From Eledone cirrhosa (Eukaryota), in the NCBI GenBank assembly GCA_964016885.1, contig OZ024742.1, positions 11,470,001 through 11,534,000 of the forward strand: a stretch of 64,000 nt of DNA. The letters run 5' to 3'. Below, piece after piece: positions 25,930-39,219 of this stretch (its first letter is position 1; each line of letters starts with the position of its first letter). The position numbers and the translations under genes are program-made. The notes beneath the pieces are model-generated. The model searched no databases. It was not told where the DNA came from and saw only the letters and a program-made list of their open reading frames with translations.

Positions 25930-26001
25930 ATTGTTTCTATATAGTAATAATAATAAATTTGAAGAGTAAAATCCAAATTGTTTTCATCGCTCCTGTTATT
26001 T

Positions 26002-26034
<33 letters not shown>

Positions 26035-26301
26035 CAAAGACCCTATATTATATTGCTGTTATTTCATTTACGAAAAATAAAGGAAAATTTATGTGATGGC
26101 TCAGGCTGTTAGAAATACGAACTATATAGATAAGTGTGTGTATGTGTGTGTGTGTAGATTGCGAGTAAAATCAGGACAGACCTGAGTTAAAAGAAGTACT
26201 CAATACATTAGTAGTGTGTGAATATTATTGCCGATACTGCCAATCCACCAAATAATGATATATATATATATAATATATATATACACACACAGCTATATTA
26301 A

Positions 26302-26495
26302 AGGGCGGTGGATTGGCAATATCGGTAGAGGGTTGGACACCATGCTTTGCAGCAAAGAGTTACGGCCCTTTATGGTCTGAGTTCATATCCCGCCGAGGTT
26401 AACTTTGCCTTTCATCCTTACAGGGTCGATAAAATAAAGTACCAGTAATACACTGGGATAATTGCTGGCCTTGTGCCAGAAGTAAAAACAATTAT
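26302..26495 (+). mobile_element. tRNA-derived SINE
   Basis: A/B boxes plus core CTTTGCCTTTCATCCTTAC.GGGTCGATAAAATAAAGTACCAG (resembles the Nin/Deu-type central domain, from recall). Confidence 0.9.
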
Positions 26496-26540
26496 TTAAT
26501 ATTAAAATGTCTTCTACAGGAATTCTTATGAAATATTCAA

Positions 26541-26585
26541 TTCCTGATGAGTTCATGCGAATGAAACAGTTCTATTCCTGTAGAG
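26541..26585 (+). ncRNA. Type I hammerhead motif
   Basis: ttc-CTGATGA-gttc(atgc)gaat-GAAACAG(ttctattc)CTGT-A-gag. Confidence 0.6.
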
Positions 26586-26602
26586 ACATTTCTATAATAA
26601 AT

Positions 26603-26982
26603 AAATGTTTCTAATTTTGGCACAAGGTCAGCAACTATCCCAGTGTATTACTGGTACTTTATTTTATCGACCCTGTAAGGATGAAAGGCAAAGTTAATCT
26701 CGACGGGATTTGAACTCAGACCATAAAGGGGCGTAACTCTATGATGCAAAGCATGGCGTCCGACTCTCTACCGAACATGCCAATCCACCAAATAATTGTT
26801 TCTACTTTAGGCACAAGGCCAGCAATTACCCAGTGCATTACTGGTACTTTATTTTATCGACCCCGTAAGGATCAAAGGCAAAGTCAACCTCGGCGGGATT
26901 TGAACTCAGATCGTAAAGGGACGTAACTATGCTGGAAAGCATGGCGTCCGACCCTCTACCGATACTGCCAATCTACCAAATA
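26603..26982 (-). mobile_element. Two tandem SINE copies (26603-26792 and 26793-26982)
   Basis: Reverse complements of the SINE at 26302. Confidence 0.9.
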
Positions 26983-27037
26983 ATGATATGTATAACACAC
27001 ACACACATACACACACACACACACATATATATGTATA

Positions 27038-27110
<73 letters not shown>

Positions 27111-27810
27111 GACTAGATTGAATAATGTAATATCAGATACACGGTGCGATGCCTGAATATAAAAAGAGACAATAGCTATAGTTAAAACGATTCTGATTAT
27201 AAATCTCCTGCCTCTGAGATGACCTGAGGTTAAGCAACAACAACAACAACAGCAACAACAACAACAATAACAACAACAGCAGCAGCAACAGCAATAACAA
27301 CAACAACAACAACAGAAATAACAACAACAACAACAACAGAAATAACAATAACAACAACAATAGCTACATAAGGCACATGAAGAGAAAATGGTTAGTAGGA
27401 TAATTTTAGAACCCTACACCAGGGGATGATAAATTGATGTAAAATTGTTTTCTCAATTACTGAGCCTCGTTTCTGCGTTTTTCCTTGTTTCTTTTTTTAC
27501 ATGAAATATATTCTAGCCTCATAAACAAGAGAGTGACTGAAGTTACTAAGTGAAACCCATGTGATCAGCGAGGATAACTAACTGATAACTTTCCAGAATA
27601 ATTATAGAGCCAGGTAAAAAATGTCAGATAACGATATCTGTCGTGAACATTTATCAAACTCATATAATTATATTTCTATACAATGCCAACTTGACGAGGA
27701 AAATGTTCTCAGAACTCTATAGTCCGCCATTGGTTGTTTCTCAGAGGAATGAGGAATTTTTATAACATCTAACTTTTTATTTCATGTTGACGATGTTGTT
27801 GTTGTTGTTA

Positions 27811-28207
27811 TGGCAGTATCTGTAGAGGGTCGGACGCCATGCTTTTCAGCCTGGAGTTACGCCCCTTTATAGTCTGTTCAAATCCCGCCGAGGTTCACTT
27901 TGCCTTTCATCCTTACGGGGTCGATAAAATAAAATACCAGTAATACGCTAGGATAATTGCTGGCCTTGTGCCAAAAGTAGAAACAATTATTGTTGATGTT
28001 GTTGGGGCGCTGGACAAATTGTTAGCCCTTAACAGTAGTTGTTCAGGATCGTCACGTCAGGAGTTCAAATCCTGCCGTGGTTAACTTTGCCTTTCATCTT
28101 TATGGGGTTGATACAATAAAGTACCAGTAATGTAGTGAAGGTTGATTTAATTGATTTCCCCCTCCCCCAGTGTTGTTGGTTTTGTGCTTAAATCAAAAAC
28201 CATTATT
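27811..28207 (+). mobile_element. Two SINE copies (27811-27990; older long variant 28004-28207)
   Basis: B-box GTTCAAATCC and the shared core. Confidence 0.85.
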
Positions 28208-28218
28208 GATATATATAC

Positions 28219-28361
<143 letters not shown>

Positions 28362-28371
28362 AACCAGTAAG

Positions 28372-28447
28372 ACCCCGACAGCTGAGCTCAAGCCGTTTCG
28401 ACGGCTAATTCTGGACTAAATGAAAATAGCCGATCTTCTCAAGGGGT
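28372..28447 (-). ncRNA. Hammerhead, U3-A8 variant (inverted arm)
   Basis: Reverse complement acccc-TTGAGAA-gatcggcta..tagccgtc-GAAACGGCT(tgagctc)AGCTGT-C-ggggt. Confidence 0.75.
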
Positions 28448-28463
28448 AATTCCATATGGAATT

Positions 28464-28557
28464 ACCCCTTGAGAAGATCGGCTATTTAAATACCAGGATA
28501 AATTTTCATTTAGTCCAGAATTAGCCGTCGAAACGGCTTGAGCTCAGCTGTCGGGGT
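28464..28557 (+). ncRNA. Hammerhead, U3-A8 variant
   Basis: acccc-TTGAGAA-ga(t)cggcta...tagccgtc-GAAACGGCT(tgagctc)AGCTGT-C-ggggt: 5-bp stem I, long stem II, 6-bp stem III, GUC triplet. Confidence 0.8.
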
Positions 28558-28648
28558 CTTACTGGTTCCTATTACCCACTCTACTACCTCAAGTATTGAG
28601 TACTTTGGTGCGTTATGGTCCACCTGGTTCCTTACCACATTTCCTTCG

Positions 28649-29511
<863 letters not shown>

Positions 29512-29515
29512 ATAA

Positions 29516-29652
29516 TAATTGTTTCTACTTTTGGCACAAGGACAGCAATTACCCAGTGTATTACTGGTACTTTATTTTATCGACCCCGTAAGGATGAAAC
29601 GCAAAGTTAACCTCGGCGGGATTTGAACTCAGAATGGCAAGGGCCGTAACTC
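29516..29652 (-). mobile_element. SINE (5'-truncated)
   Basis: Reverse-complement core and B-box. Confidence 0.85.
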
Positions 29653-29679
29653 AATAATATATATAAATATAAATTAAAT

Positions 29680-30660
29680 TATAACAGACATATACTACAA
29701 GCCCACAGACTCCAAGCAATACCTCCCCTTCAACTCGTGCCACCCTAGACACGTTAAAATAAATATTCCCTACAACTTAGCCAAGAGAATCTGTACTATA
29801 GTCTCCAATAAAAACATCTGCTACTTACGGCTACAAGAACTAAAGGACACACTCATAGGCAGGGTCTACCCTGCATCACTAATTGACAATGGAATCCAAC
29901 GTGTCCTAAAACTCAGTACCCAGGACCTTAGACACCCTAAAGTAAATCAACCAAAACTAAAAGCTCTTCCATACATCTCCACACACAACCCCCCCCCAAC
30001 AATGAGGCCTTTGACACCATCCTCCAGAACATCCCTGTATTGAAAAAGGACCATAGAATGAACCAAATTCTACGAACACACGATATCATAAAGAGCAAAA
30101 GACAATCCAAGTCAATGAAAAACATCTTAACACATGCCAAAGTACTGCCAACCACAACAACGAAACCCACAGTAAAAAAATGCGATAGACCCAACTGTGG
30201 CATTTGCATCAACCTAATAGAGGGTTCGGAATTCAATTTCAAAGATGGACAACGTTTTATAGTAAAACACAATTTCACATGTGCATCGGAAAATCTAATA
30301 TATGTATTAACTTGTTCAGGTTGTCGAGAACAATACATAGGCCAGACTAAAAACAGCCTCCGCCAACGCATGACTGTCCATAGATCCCAAATTAAAATAC
30401 GGGAATACAGGAAAATACCACTGAGTGAACACATTGATACCTGTGCCGCCCAAAATCATCCCAACTTCAGAATCTTCCCCTCTACAAATTTAAAGATAAT
30501 GCCACCCACACCCAGCGCATCAGCAAGGAATCTTACTTCATTAACAAATACGGACCCCGTCTAAACACTTCTCCCTAAGACTAACCCACAACATACACAC
30601 GTCAACATACATACCTACATCAGCACACATCTCTACCCACATATAAACACAATGACACAC
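29680..30660 (+). mobile_element. Penelope-like element 3' part (RT thumb + Cys linker + GIY-YIG), probably Neptune-type
   Basis: TDIYYKPTDSKQYLPFNSCHP..VK.NIPYNLAKRIC; linker C.RPNCGIC; NLIYVLTCSGCREQYIGQT..LRQRM..H. Frameshifted. Confidence 0.85.
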
Positions 30661-30901
30661 GTAAACACACATGCTCTATGGTGCAATACAAAAAAATATA
30701 TGTGCATATATATGTATGTATATATGTATATATATATATATATATATGTAGTGAATGTGTGTGTGTGTGTATGTATATATATAGTGAATATCATTTCACA
30801 CCTTTTATTGTTAAGATTTTTGATGTTCTATTAAGAGAACCGATTTTACTGAAAAAATCGAATAATGTACACCATTTTACCAGGGGGAAAAAAATACTGG
30901 T

Positions 30902-30956
<55 letters not shown>

Positions 30957-31088
30957 CACAAACACATACACACGCGCACATCAACATACAAAGAGACTTA
31001 TACACACACACACACACACGCACTTCTCCGTATAAGACAAAAGCTGAAAAATATCTTTTGACCTTCGAATGACTCTGCTGTATATATG

Positions 31089-31126
<38 letters not shown>

Positions 31127-31224
31127 AAGAGACTTATACACACACACACACACACGCACTTCTCCGTATAAGACAAAAGCTGAAAAATATCTTTTGACCT
31201 TCGAATGACTCTGCTGTATATATG

Positions 31225-31267
<43 letters not shown>

Positions 31268-31333
31268 ATCTTAATAGCCATTTGACACACATCGCTGCTG
31301 GCCATTGTCGAAGCATCGAACACCTTACTACTA

Positions 31334-31425
<92 letters not shown>

Positions 31426-31444
31426 TTGTTGTGAAAGAGTCATT

Positions 31445-31941
31445 TCTCAATCTTGGCGCAAAACCAATTTTTTATCCACATGACCTCTACCGACCAATCA
31501 AAATTGTTTTGACCAATAATTTTTGCTGGAGCCACTATTTTAACATTTTAACATAAAAACAGTCTTGGCGCAAAATCAACTTTTTACATTCACATGACCT
31601 CTACTGACCAATCAAAATTGTTTTGACCACAAGCATTTTTGCAACACAAAAATAACGCTGGAGCCACTTTTTTAACATAAAAACAGGTAGAATTCCCAAA
31701 ACTAATCAGATCAGAGCAAACAGCACGGACACTCTATCTCAAAATTATTTTTGAAAAGCATTTAGAAATGCGCAACCGGTAAAAACTTAAAAACTTAAAA
31801 CCACAACTGAATACTAACCCATACAATCACTAATACTCTTTTATTCCTAATTAAACCATTTTTCAACTGTGAACAATTTGTCAGCATTTTCTATTCCGTT
31901 TACCAATATATAATAACTTGTGTGTTACACCTCTATTCTTT

Positions 31942-31950
<9 letters not shown>
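31445..31950 (+). repeat. Two ~113-bp tandem units followed by a single-arm copy of the 10587-11018 family
   Basis: TCTTGGCGCAAAA..ATGACCTCTAC.GACCAATCAAAATTG occurs twice. 31706-31915 matches 10818-11015. Confidence 0.8.
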
Positions 31951-31990
<40 letters not shown>

Positions 31991-32014
31991 TATTATTACT
32001 ATATATATATACAA

Positions 32015-32059
<45 letters not shown>

Positions 32060-32060
<1 letters not shown>

Positions 32061-32249
32061 GGAACCAGTAAGACCCCGACAGCTGAGCTCAAGCCGTTTC
32101 GACGGCTAATTCAGTCCAGAATTAGCCGTCGAAACGGCTTGAGCTCAGCTGTCGGGGTCTTACTGGTTCCTATTACCCACTCTACTACCTCAAGTATTGA
32201 GTACTTTGGTGCGTTATGGTCCACCTGGTTCCTTACCACATTTCCTTCG

Positions 32250-32251
<2 letters not shown>
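32060..32251. mobile_element. Second copy of the 28358-28650 pLTR-like element (short inversion, 3' half of the HHR only)
   Basis: Near-identical sequence flanked by (TA)n. Confidence 0.85.
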
Positions 32252-32342
<91 letters not shown>

Positions 32343-32357
32343 TATTTATTTATTTAT

Positions 32358-35016
32358 TTATTAAAATAACAGATTAAAGTTTAAGCAAAGAATCGCTGCT
32401 TTCACCCTTAACCGGATCTTCTGAATCTAACAAAGTCAATCTGTAAATGCAGAAGTGGATATTTCAAAAAACATTGCAACCGGAGGAAGACAGGAAGACG
32501 ATACTTTGGTTCATACAAATACGTACATACACAAGCATACGCGAAAACACTTACCATAGGTATACAAAACCACGCACATATAAATGTGTGTGTGTGTATG
32601 CGTGTATACAAATAAATAAATAATTAAATAAACGTATATAAATAAATAAATACGTATATAACAAACGCACACACATACCTACATGTAAATACACAAAAGT
32701 TCGGAGACGTAAGTCAACCAAAACATGAAGTACACATATACACACACCCTACATACGTGCGAACCTGCATACTCACACAGATGCAAAACTCCCGTATACA
32801 CATAACCAAACCATATGTACCAGAATATATAAAATATACGCCATAACATATACAATCAAATATACGCAAAACATACAGGTAATATATACTTACCTATGCA
32901 AATAAGTAATGGTATAAACAAAACATATACTTAGCTACCACATCAAGACGTAAAATATCCACGTATAGATCGTACTATCCGTTAGGCTGTAATACAGGAA
33001 AGTTTTGTGCAATTTATGTTTACAAGCCGAAATTGCCTCAGATTTTTTGTTTAAGATGTGGTCTGTGGCGTAGAGTATTTCCAGGGTCAGCGGCGCAGAG
33101 GTCACATGGTCTTTTATTTCCGTTATACGATCTAGCCCTAGCTAGGATCTCCCATTGTAACTTATATTGGGTGTGGTTGTCTTTTAGACTCCAGATATAA
33201 GCTGAAAGTGACGTCATATTCCTTCTTAGAGGGTAACGAAAAGAATGGGTATGCATGTAAAGACGCTGCTTGAATCTATTGGCGGTTAACCCTATGTAGG
33301 CCCTACGGGACGTGGGTGTTTCAACCTTACATTTGTAGACAATGTTACTAGAGAGGCATTTCCCGGATAAGGGGCAATCAACCCGATTCCTACAATTACA
33401 GTTAGTACTAATAACAGGGTTGCACGTGTTCCTACGGCTAGGTAGTTTAACTAAATTTGAAGCTGTGATGTTATGTGCAAGGTTAGGAGTCGTAAAGTAA
33501 GAAATTTTAATAGTATTTCTATTAAAAATTTTACTATAGTTATGTGTAGTGGGAAAATGCTTCGTAATAAGGGAAAGAAAGATCTTAGCTAATGGTGTGG
33601 CTACCTCCATATTATATGGTGGGTTATACTAATAAATGCGACGGGCTCTATTTCTTCTAGGTCTATTTTCGTACTCTGTATATGCTACCTTATCGACAGA
33701 TCCACTCCGAGCAAGAGCTTCATTGTAATAAGTGGAATGGTCGTTGAAAATATGCTCGTTAGTAGATAGACGGGAAAGCCTCAACGAAACGTTTCTTACC
33801 AGGTTCTTGGTTATGCTGGCAGGATGGTTGGAATGCTTACTTATGTAATTAAGCGTATCATTCAGTTTTCTATACCGGTAATACAACCCATTCAATAAAT
33901 TGAGGGTAACGTCGAAGTAATTAACGACCGAGAGATTGGCCTCAACCTGTATAGAGAGGTTGAAGCCTTTAAAGAAGGATGTGAGTTCTTTTCTGAACCT
34001 GTCGCAAGCACGGGGTCCGCACTTAGTCATGGTCAAAAGACTATCATCACGGTACAAACTACCGCCCGCGTTGGGGAATTCGTCCTTGATAGAGAAAAGA
34101 AGGAAAAGGCCGATAAGATCAGTAACCTCCGCAGAATCGCTGGCGCCCATACTCACATCGAATGGGGTACTTTTGGATTTGTTTATCCAAATAGAGTCGT
34201 CGAAATTAATCAGCGACTTACGGGCATTGAAGATGACATCAACTTCGAAATCCTTAACCACTGTGAGTGTTTTAGCGAAATTGATAGCTCTAAGGAGAAG
34301 TGGTAAAGTGATGGAGGAGTAGTAATTGTTGATGTCGAATTGGATAAAACGGTAATGTTCCTTGTTACATATGCCGTTGAACCAATCAATCACCGCGAAA
34401 GAATTGTTCCACAGTGCAAGAGGGGCCAAACTTCTAATTTCAGGTATAATTCTATCAAGAATCGTTTTACTAAGTCTACCTAAATCGGACTTCGTAGGGT
34501 TAATAAGCCGAATAGAGGGGTTGTTCGGAAATTGGATTTGTAATCCTTCAGGGTAAAGTGGGGAGAAATAGGGTCCAGAGGTTCGGTCCGGTCCAGGATG
34601 TTGAGATGAGATGTGATTTTAAACCCAATTTCATTGATGACGCACCGATTAGTTTTGCGGTCATCCTTAGTTACAGCATTATGTAGTAGTTGATGGTAAG
34701 TACTGCGCTACACTTGATATAGGTAGCCAGTTTTGTCGGAATCGATGTGCACGGCATTAGAATCCTTAATAGAACGAATTCTATTCTTCAGGTCCTGCTG
34801 GAAGGAATTGCTCCTATTCCGAAATTTGATACTCCGTATGAGCTTCAAGACATCATTTTCGAAGGGTAGCAATGCTGGGTTACACGGGAGGTTATTATAG
34901 GTTCTAAACCCAAATTTATCCTGTTTGTTGTCTGCTTTTCGCGGATTATCGAAATAAAAGGCACGCCAACGCAACCTTTTAATGAAAGCGTCTGTTTTCT
35001 GTATCAGGAGTTTTAG
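32358..35016 (-). mobile_element. Penelope-like element (RT + CxC linker + GIY-YIG), decayed and 5'-truncated; possibly Nematis-type
   Basis: LRWRAFYF; FIQFDINNYYSSI; FDVSMGA.D.AEVTDLIG; LYRDDSL; YFDVTLNL; SNHP; NCNCR..CPL.GKCL..NIVYKC...YIGLT..FKQR..H. Confidence 0.9.
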
Positions 35017-35782
35017 GTGTGTGCGTTTGTTATATACGTATTTATTTATTTATATACGTTTGCTTAATAATTTATTTATTTGTATACACGTATACATACA
35101 CACGCACATATTTATATGTGCGTGGTTTTGTATACCTATGGTAAGTGTTTTCGCTTATGCTTGTGTATGTACGTATTTGTATGCGTGTATGTATTTATTT
35201 AATTTCTATTACCTCTGTATTGTATTTATTTACTTTGTTCTTTACTCTGAAGCGGAGATTCATTCGGTCTCCTAGTTAGAATTTTAGTCTACGACTTCTG
35301 CTATACAATTTATGTGGTTTTGTCTTTGCGTGCAATTGTTCTCCACGCTCCACATATGACGTATTATCGTCGTTTTTTTCGTTCATTGCCAGAGAACGTC
35401 TCTATGAACCACCTAAGAGAACATTAGTCTACGACCTCTTTTATACCATAAACGTGGTTCTGTCTTTGCGCGTAATTGTTTTTCACCGCTCCTATTAATG
35501 ACGTATTATATTCGTTTTTTCCCGTTCTTTGCCAGGGAACGTTTCCACGAACCAAAGTATCGTCTTCCTGTCTTCCTCCGGTTGCAACGTTTTTTGAAAT
35601 ATCCACTTCTGCGTTTACAGATTGACTTTGTTAGTTTCAGAAGATCCCGTTAAGGGTGAAAGCAGCGATTCTGTGTTTAAACTTTAATCTGCTATTTTAA
35701 TAAATATTTGCTCTACGGTTCTTATATATTTGATATATATTTATCCTTATCGAGCCCTCTTTGTATTTTGTTCTTCAAGTTT

Positions 35783-35790
<8 letters not shown>
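35017..35790 (+). repeat. Inverted pseudo-LTR attached to the 5' truncation point of the minus-strand PLE
   Basis: 35017-35183 and 35550-35704 are reverse complements of 32358-32672. Confidence 0.85.
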
Positions 35791-35865
<75 letters not shown>

Positions 35866-35959
35866 GAATGGGATATTGCCAAATATACTATCTCGTACAT
35901 TCATGTATACATCGCTATTTCAGAGCACCAATCCTAATATATATATATAGTACACTAAT

Positions 35960-38627
35960 CCGTACGTCCCTCTGACGCTTAAATTCTCTCTTAAGGATCA
36001 CAAATATGACTTTAATGAAAGCTCCTCTATTAGACTAATATGCCCCTCTACATCAGATATAGGTAAGATTAGTAAAGTGATCCTCGACAGAGTACTACTG
36101 CAGTTTAATAGAAAGGCTAAGGTTTGCCTCTGGGGCAACACCGACGAGGTCATAAATTGGTTGCCGGATAAAGCCACCCTGAAGTTCATCCAATTTGACA
36201 TAGATAGTTACTACGCCTCTATCTCCCCCCATACTCTTAAATAAGGCAATTATCTTAGCTAAATCTAACACTAGCCTCACTATAAAAGAAATAGACATAG
36301 TTCTAGCGGCGCGTAGAACCATTATCCTGTTCGAAGGCTCCCACTGGACCAGAACCAACCGTCCTGATAACTTCGATGTCACGATGGGGTCCAGTGTCTC
36401 AGCGCAAGCAACTGACCTGGTCGGGATATACCTCCTACCTAAGCTTATGGAAGAGAAACCGGCCCTACAAGGAGGTGTATATAGGGACGACGCCCTGTTT
36501 ACCGTTAGGAACCATAGACCCCGTAGGATAGAGAACCTTAATAAACATATACACAGTTTCTTCAAGTCATATGGCCTATCCGTAACTATGGACCTCAACC
36601 ACAAGGTTGTCAACTTCCTGGGCGTGACCGTGGAGTTGAGTACGGGCATATACAAGCCATACCATAAGCCTGGAGAGTGCCTCTCTTATATTAATTATGC
36701 CTCCAACCACTCTAAGCAGACTCTCAACTCCATAGTCTATAGTATTTCACATAGAATCTCGAGACTATCCTCCAATGAGGATATCTTCAACCAAGCGGCA
36801 GATTACTACAATAGGGCCTTGATAAGCGCCAGCTTTAACCGAGTAATTTCCTACATCCTAACGCTTGCTCTAGAAACCACCCCCCTCATAAAACGAACGT
36901 TATAGTAAGCCATACCTATAACCGACCACGCGGCGACCTCGTTGAAATCGGATGTAATAGAATAGATAACCGCACTAAAGATTACGACCCCGGCGACGGT
37001 GACCACTGTAGATTACTCGAACTATTCCCCTATTACAAAACCAACAAAGGCGACGGCCTACTACCAACGCCTTCCAACCAATATCTTCCTGTACATAAAC
37101 ATGGAAGAGGTAGGAAGAGTGCACCCGAGCATAAAGTGAAAGGGACACCGAACGGGCGACTGCGCATTAACACACATAAGAGCGGTCACCTAGATGGAAC
37201 CACCCGTAGCAAACGTACAAGGACACGTAATTGCCACCGTAACGTCCTATGGTCCCCCCCCCTACTATCGGAGTGTGGCCTCCAACATACCTCGGATCTT
37301 CTTCGAAGCCTTAGAGAAGAACTTCCCGCCCAACCATAGGTATAGAAAAATTCTTAATAGGAACAATATAAAAATATTCTTCTCTACTACTCCTAACCTA
37401 GCAGATATTATAGGAACAACGAACCACAGTAAGATCACCAAGACACAGCACCTCGAATCAGACGCACCTACACCTGACAATAACTATATCGGCCTTAACA
37501 ACTCCCTGGCAGCATCCAATAGTGTTGGCAACGGCATCCGCAGACGCAACGAGCATAACTCTAGAAATGACTGAGGAACATGCAGGACATGACGTGCGGA
37601 ATAACAATCGCACCACCCCGCGTGCTGTGGGTTGTAATGGTGCTAACGACAGCTGCGGTAGCGTAGGTACCAACGTAGGCAGCAACAATGATAGCCTTAC
37701 CGTGGGAAATAGACGGAACCGCGACAGAAATTGCAACTGCCGCGACAGAGGACGCTGCCCCCTTAGAGAATACTGCTTGACTGATAGGGTTATATATCGA
37801 TGCACTATAACTAGCCACAATAGCGTTAAACATTATATAGGGGCTATCTCCGGCCAGTTCAAAATTAGGTTTCAAACACATCTCCACTCTTTCACAAATA
37901 AAAAACTAAGACACTCCACTTCGCTCGCGGACTACATCACATCACTAAAGGACTTAAGCATCAGCTTCTCCACGCACTGGGATATTGTAGGCAGGGCTGC
38001 ACCGTACAACTTCAAGAGGAAATGCGATCTTTGCCTCATGGAGCTCTACCACATCATAACTGCACCCCACGATCTCATCAACAGCAGAGCTGAAACAGCG
38101 ATAAGTTGTACACATCGCTTAAAAATATCCTTCTTCAGATGGGTTAAGGATGAGGAGTGAAACCGTGCACCGGATCTCCCTGCAACAAGTCTTAACACCC
38201 CGGCGGGCAGGCACTGCAAAATAATACCCAGGAAACTATCCTTGCATACCAGACCCAGCCTCAAACGACTCAGACAAACAGATGCGGCAAAAAAAACTCT
38301 TAAAATAAGCGTTGATTACATGCGTATCGACAATGGTAAGGTTGTAACCTCATCTCGTAGCGGATAAAAAAAAAATTTGTCCGGGAAAGACTGCCCTAAC
38401 ACCGGCCAGAGTTACCTCCCTTGACCTGCTGCAAAATCAAAACAAGCTATTTTTGCGAGCAATGAACCTTGACGTGGATTTAACCCAAAAAACTCTTTCC
38501 GAGCAATGTAAGGAACACTTTTGATTATTTATGCCCTTGAGAAGCCCAACTGGGCGAAACGTACGTAGGTGCTGTTTTAAATAAATATGTTTTAACGGTC
38601 TATTCTCCGATTTCTTACTTTCCCACG

Positions 38628-38628
<1 letters not shown>
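35960..38628 (+). mobile_element. Penelope-like element (RT + CxC linker + GIY-YIG + 3' pLTR), decayed
   Basis: SDIGKISKVILD; FIQFDI; FDVTMGS; VYRDDAL; VNFLGVT; YKPYHKP; NCNCR..CPL..CL...VIYRC...HYIG....FK.R..H. Confidence 0.9.
38532..38572 (+). ncRNA. Minimal hammerhead (U3-A8) in the 3' pLTR of the PLE
   Basis: gccc-TTGAGAA-gccc(aact)gggc-GAAAC-GTAC-GTA-gg(t)gc, with palindromic ACGTACGT. Confidence 0.75.
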
Positions 38629-38664
<36 letters not shown>

Positions 38665-39052
38665 ACTGCTGCTGTTCTTGCTGTTATTGTTGTTGTTGTT
38701 GTTATTGCTGTTACTGCTGCTGTTGCTGCTGCTGCTGTTACTGCTATTGTTACTGTTGCTGCTACTACTGTTACTGCTGCGACTGCTGCTATTGTTGTTT
38801 GATGTTTGAGTAGCTTCTAGTCGACACTGATAAAGTACACTTTTGTTCAGTCTGAAATATAAAATTGTAATGTTAAACCTGTCCACCCAGATTAGAAAAG
38901 AAAGTTAAGGGCCGCACCCGACCTCTCACAACCCCAAACCCAACATACCCACAAAACCTGATATTTTCATTTTCCGTATTTTCCACCTCAAATATTTCCA
39001 GTGTGTAAATTATTTAGAATAGAAAAATTCACAGACTTTGGAACGTCGAATT

Positions 39053-39208
39053 AGGCGGCAAAATGGCTGAGTTGTTAGCACGTCAGAATTATTTCTGGTA
39101 TTCCTTTCAGCTCTCTGCTCTCTCAGTTCAAATCCCACGGCGGTAAACTTTGCCTTTCTTCCATTCAAGATCGATGGAAAAGCACCTGTCAAGTACTGGA
39201 GTCGATTC
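39053..39208 (+). mobile_element. SINE, older variant
   Basis: GTTCAAATCCC..GGTAAACTTTGCCTTTC..GATCGAT core. Confidence 0.7.
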
Positions 39209-39219
39209 TTTTTTCTATA

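Noticed and set aside
35630-35685. Hammerhead in the pLTR of the minus-strand PLE (CAGAAGA-tccc/gggt-GAAAG)
   Set aside because: Right position, but the core is non-canonical and stems I and III could not be formed convincingly.
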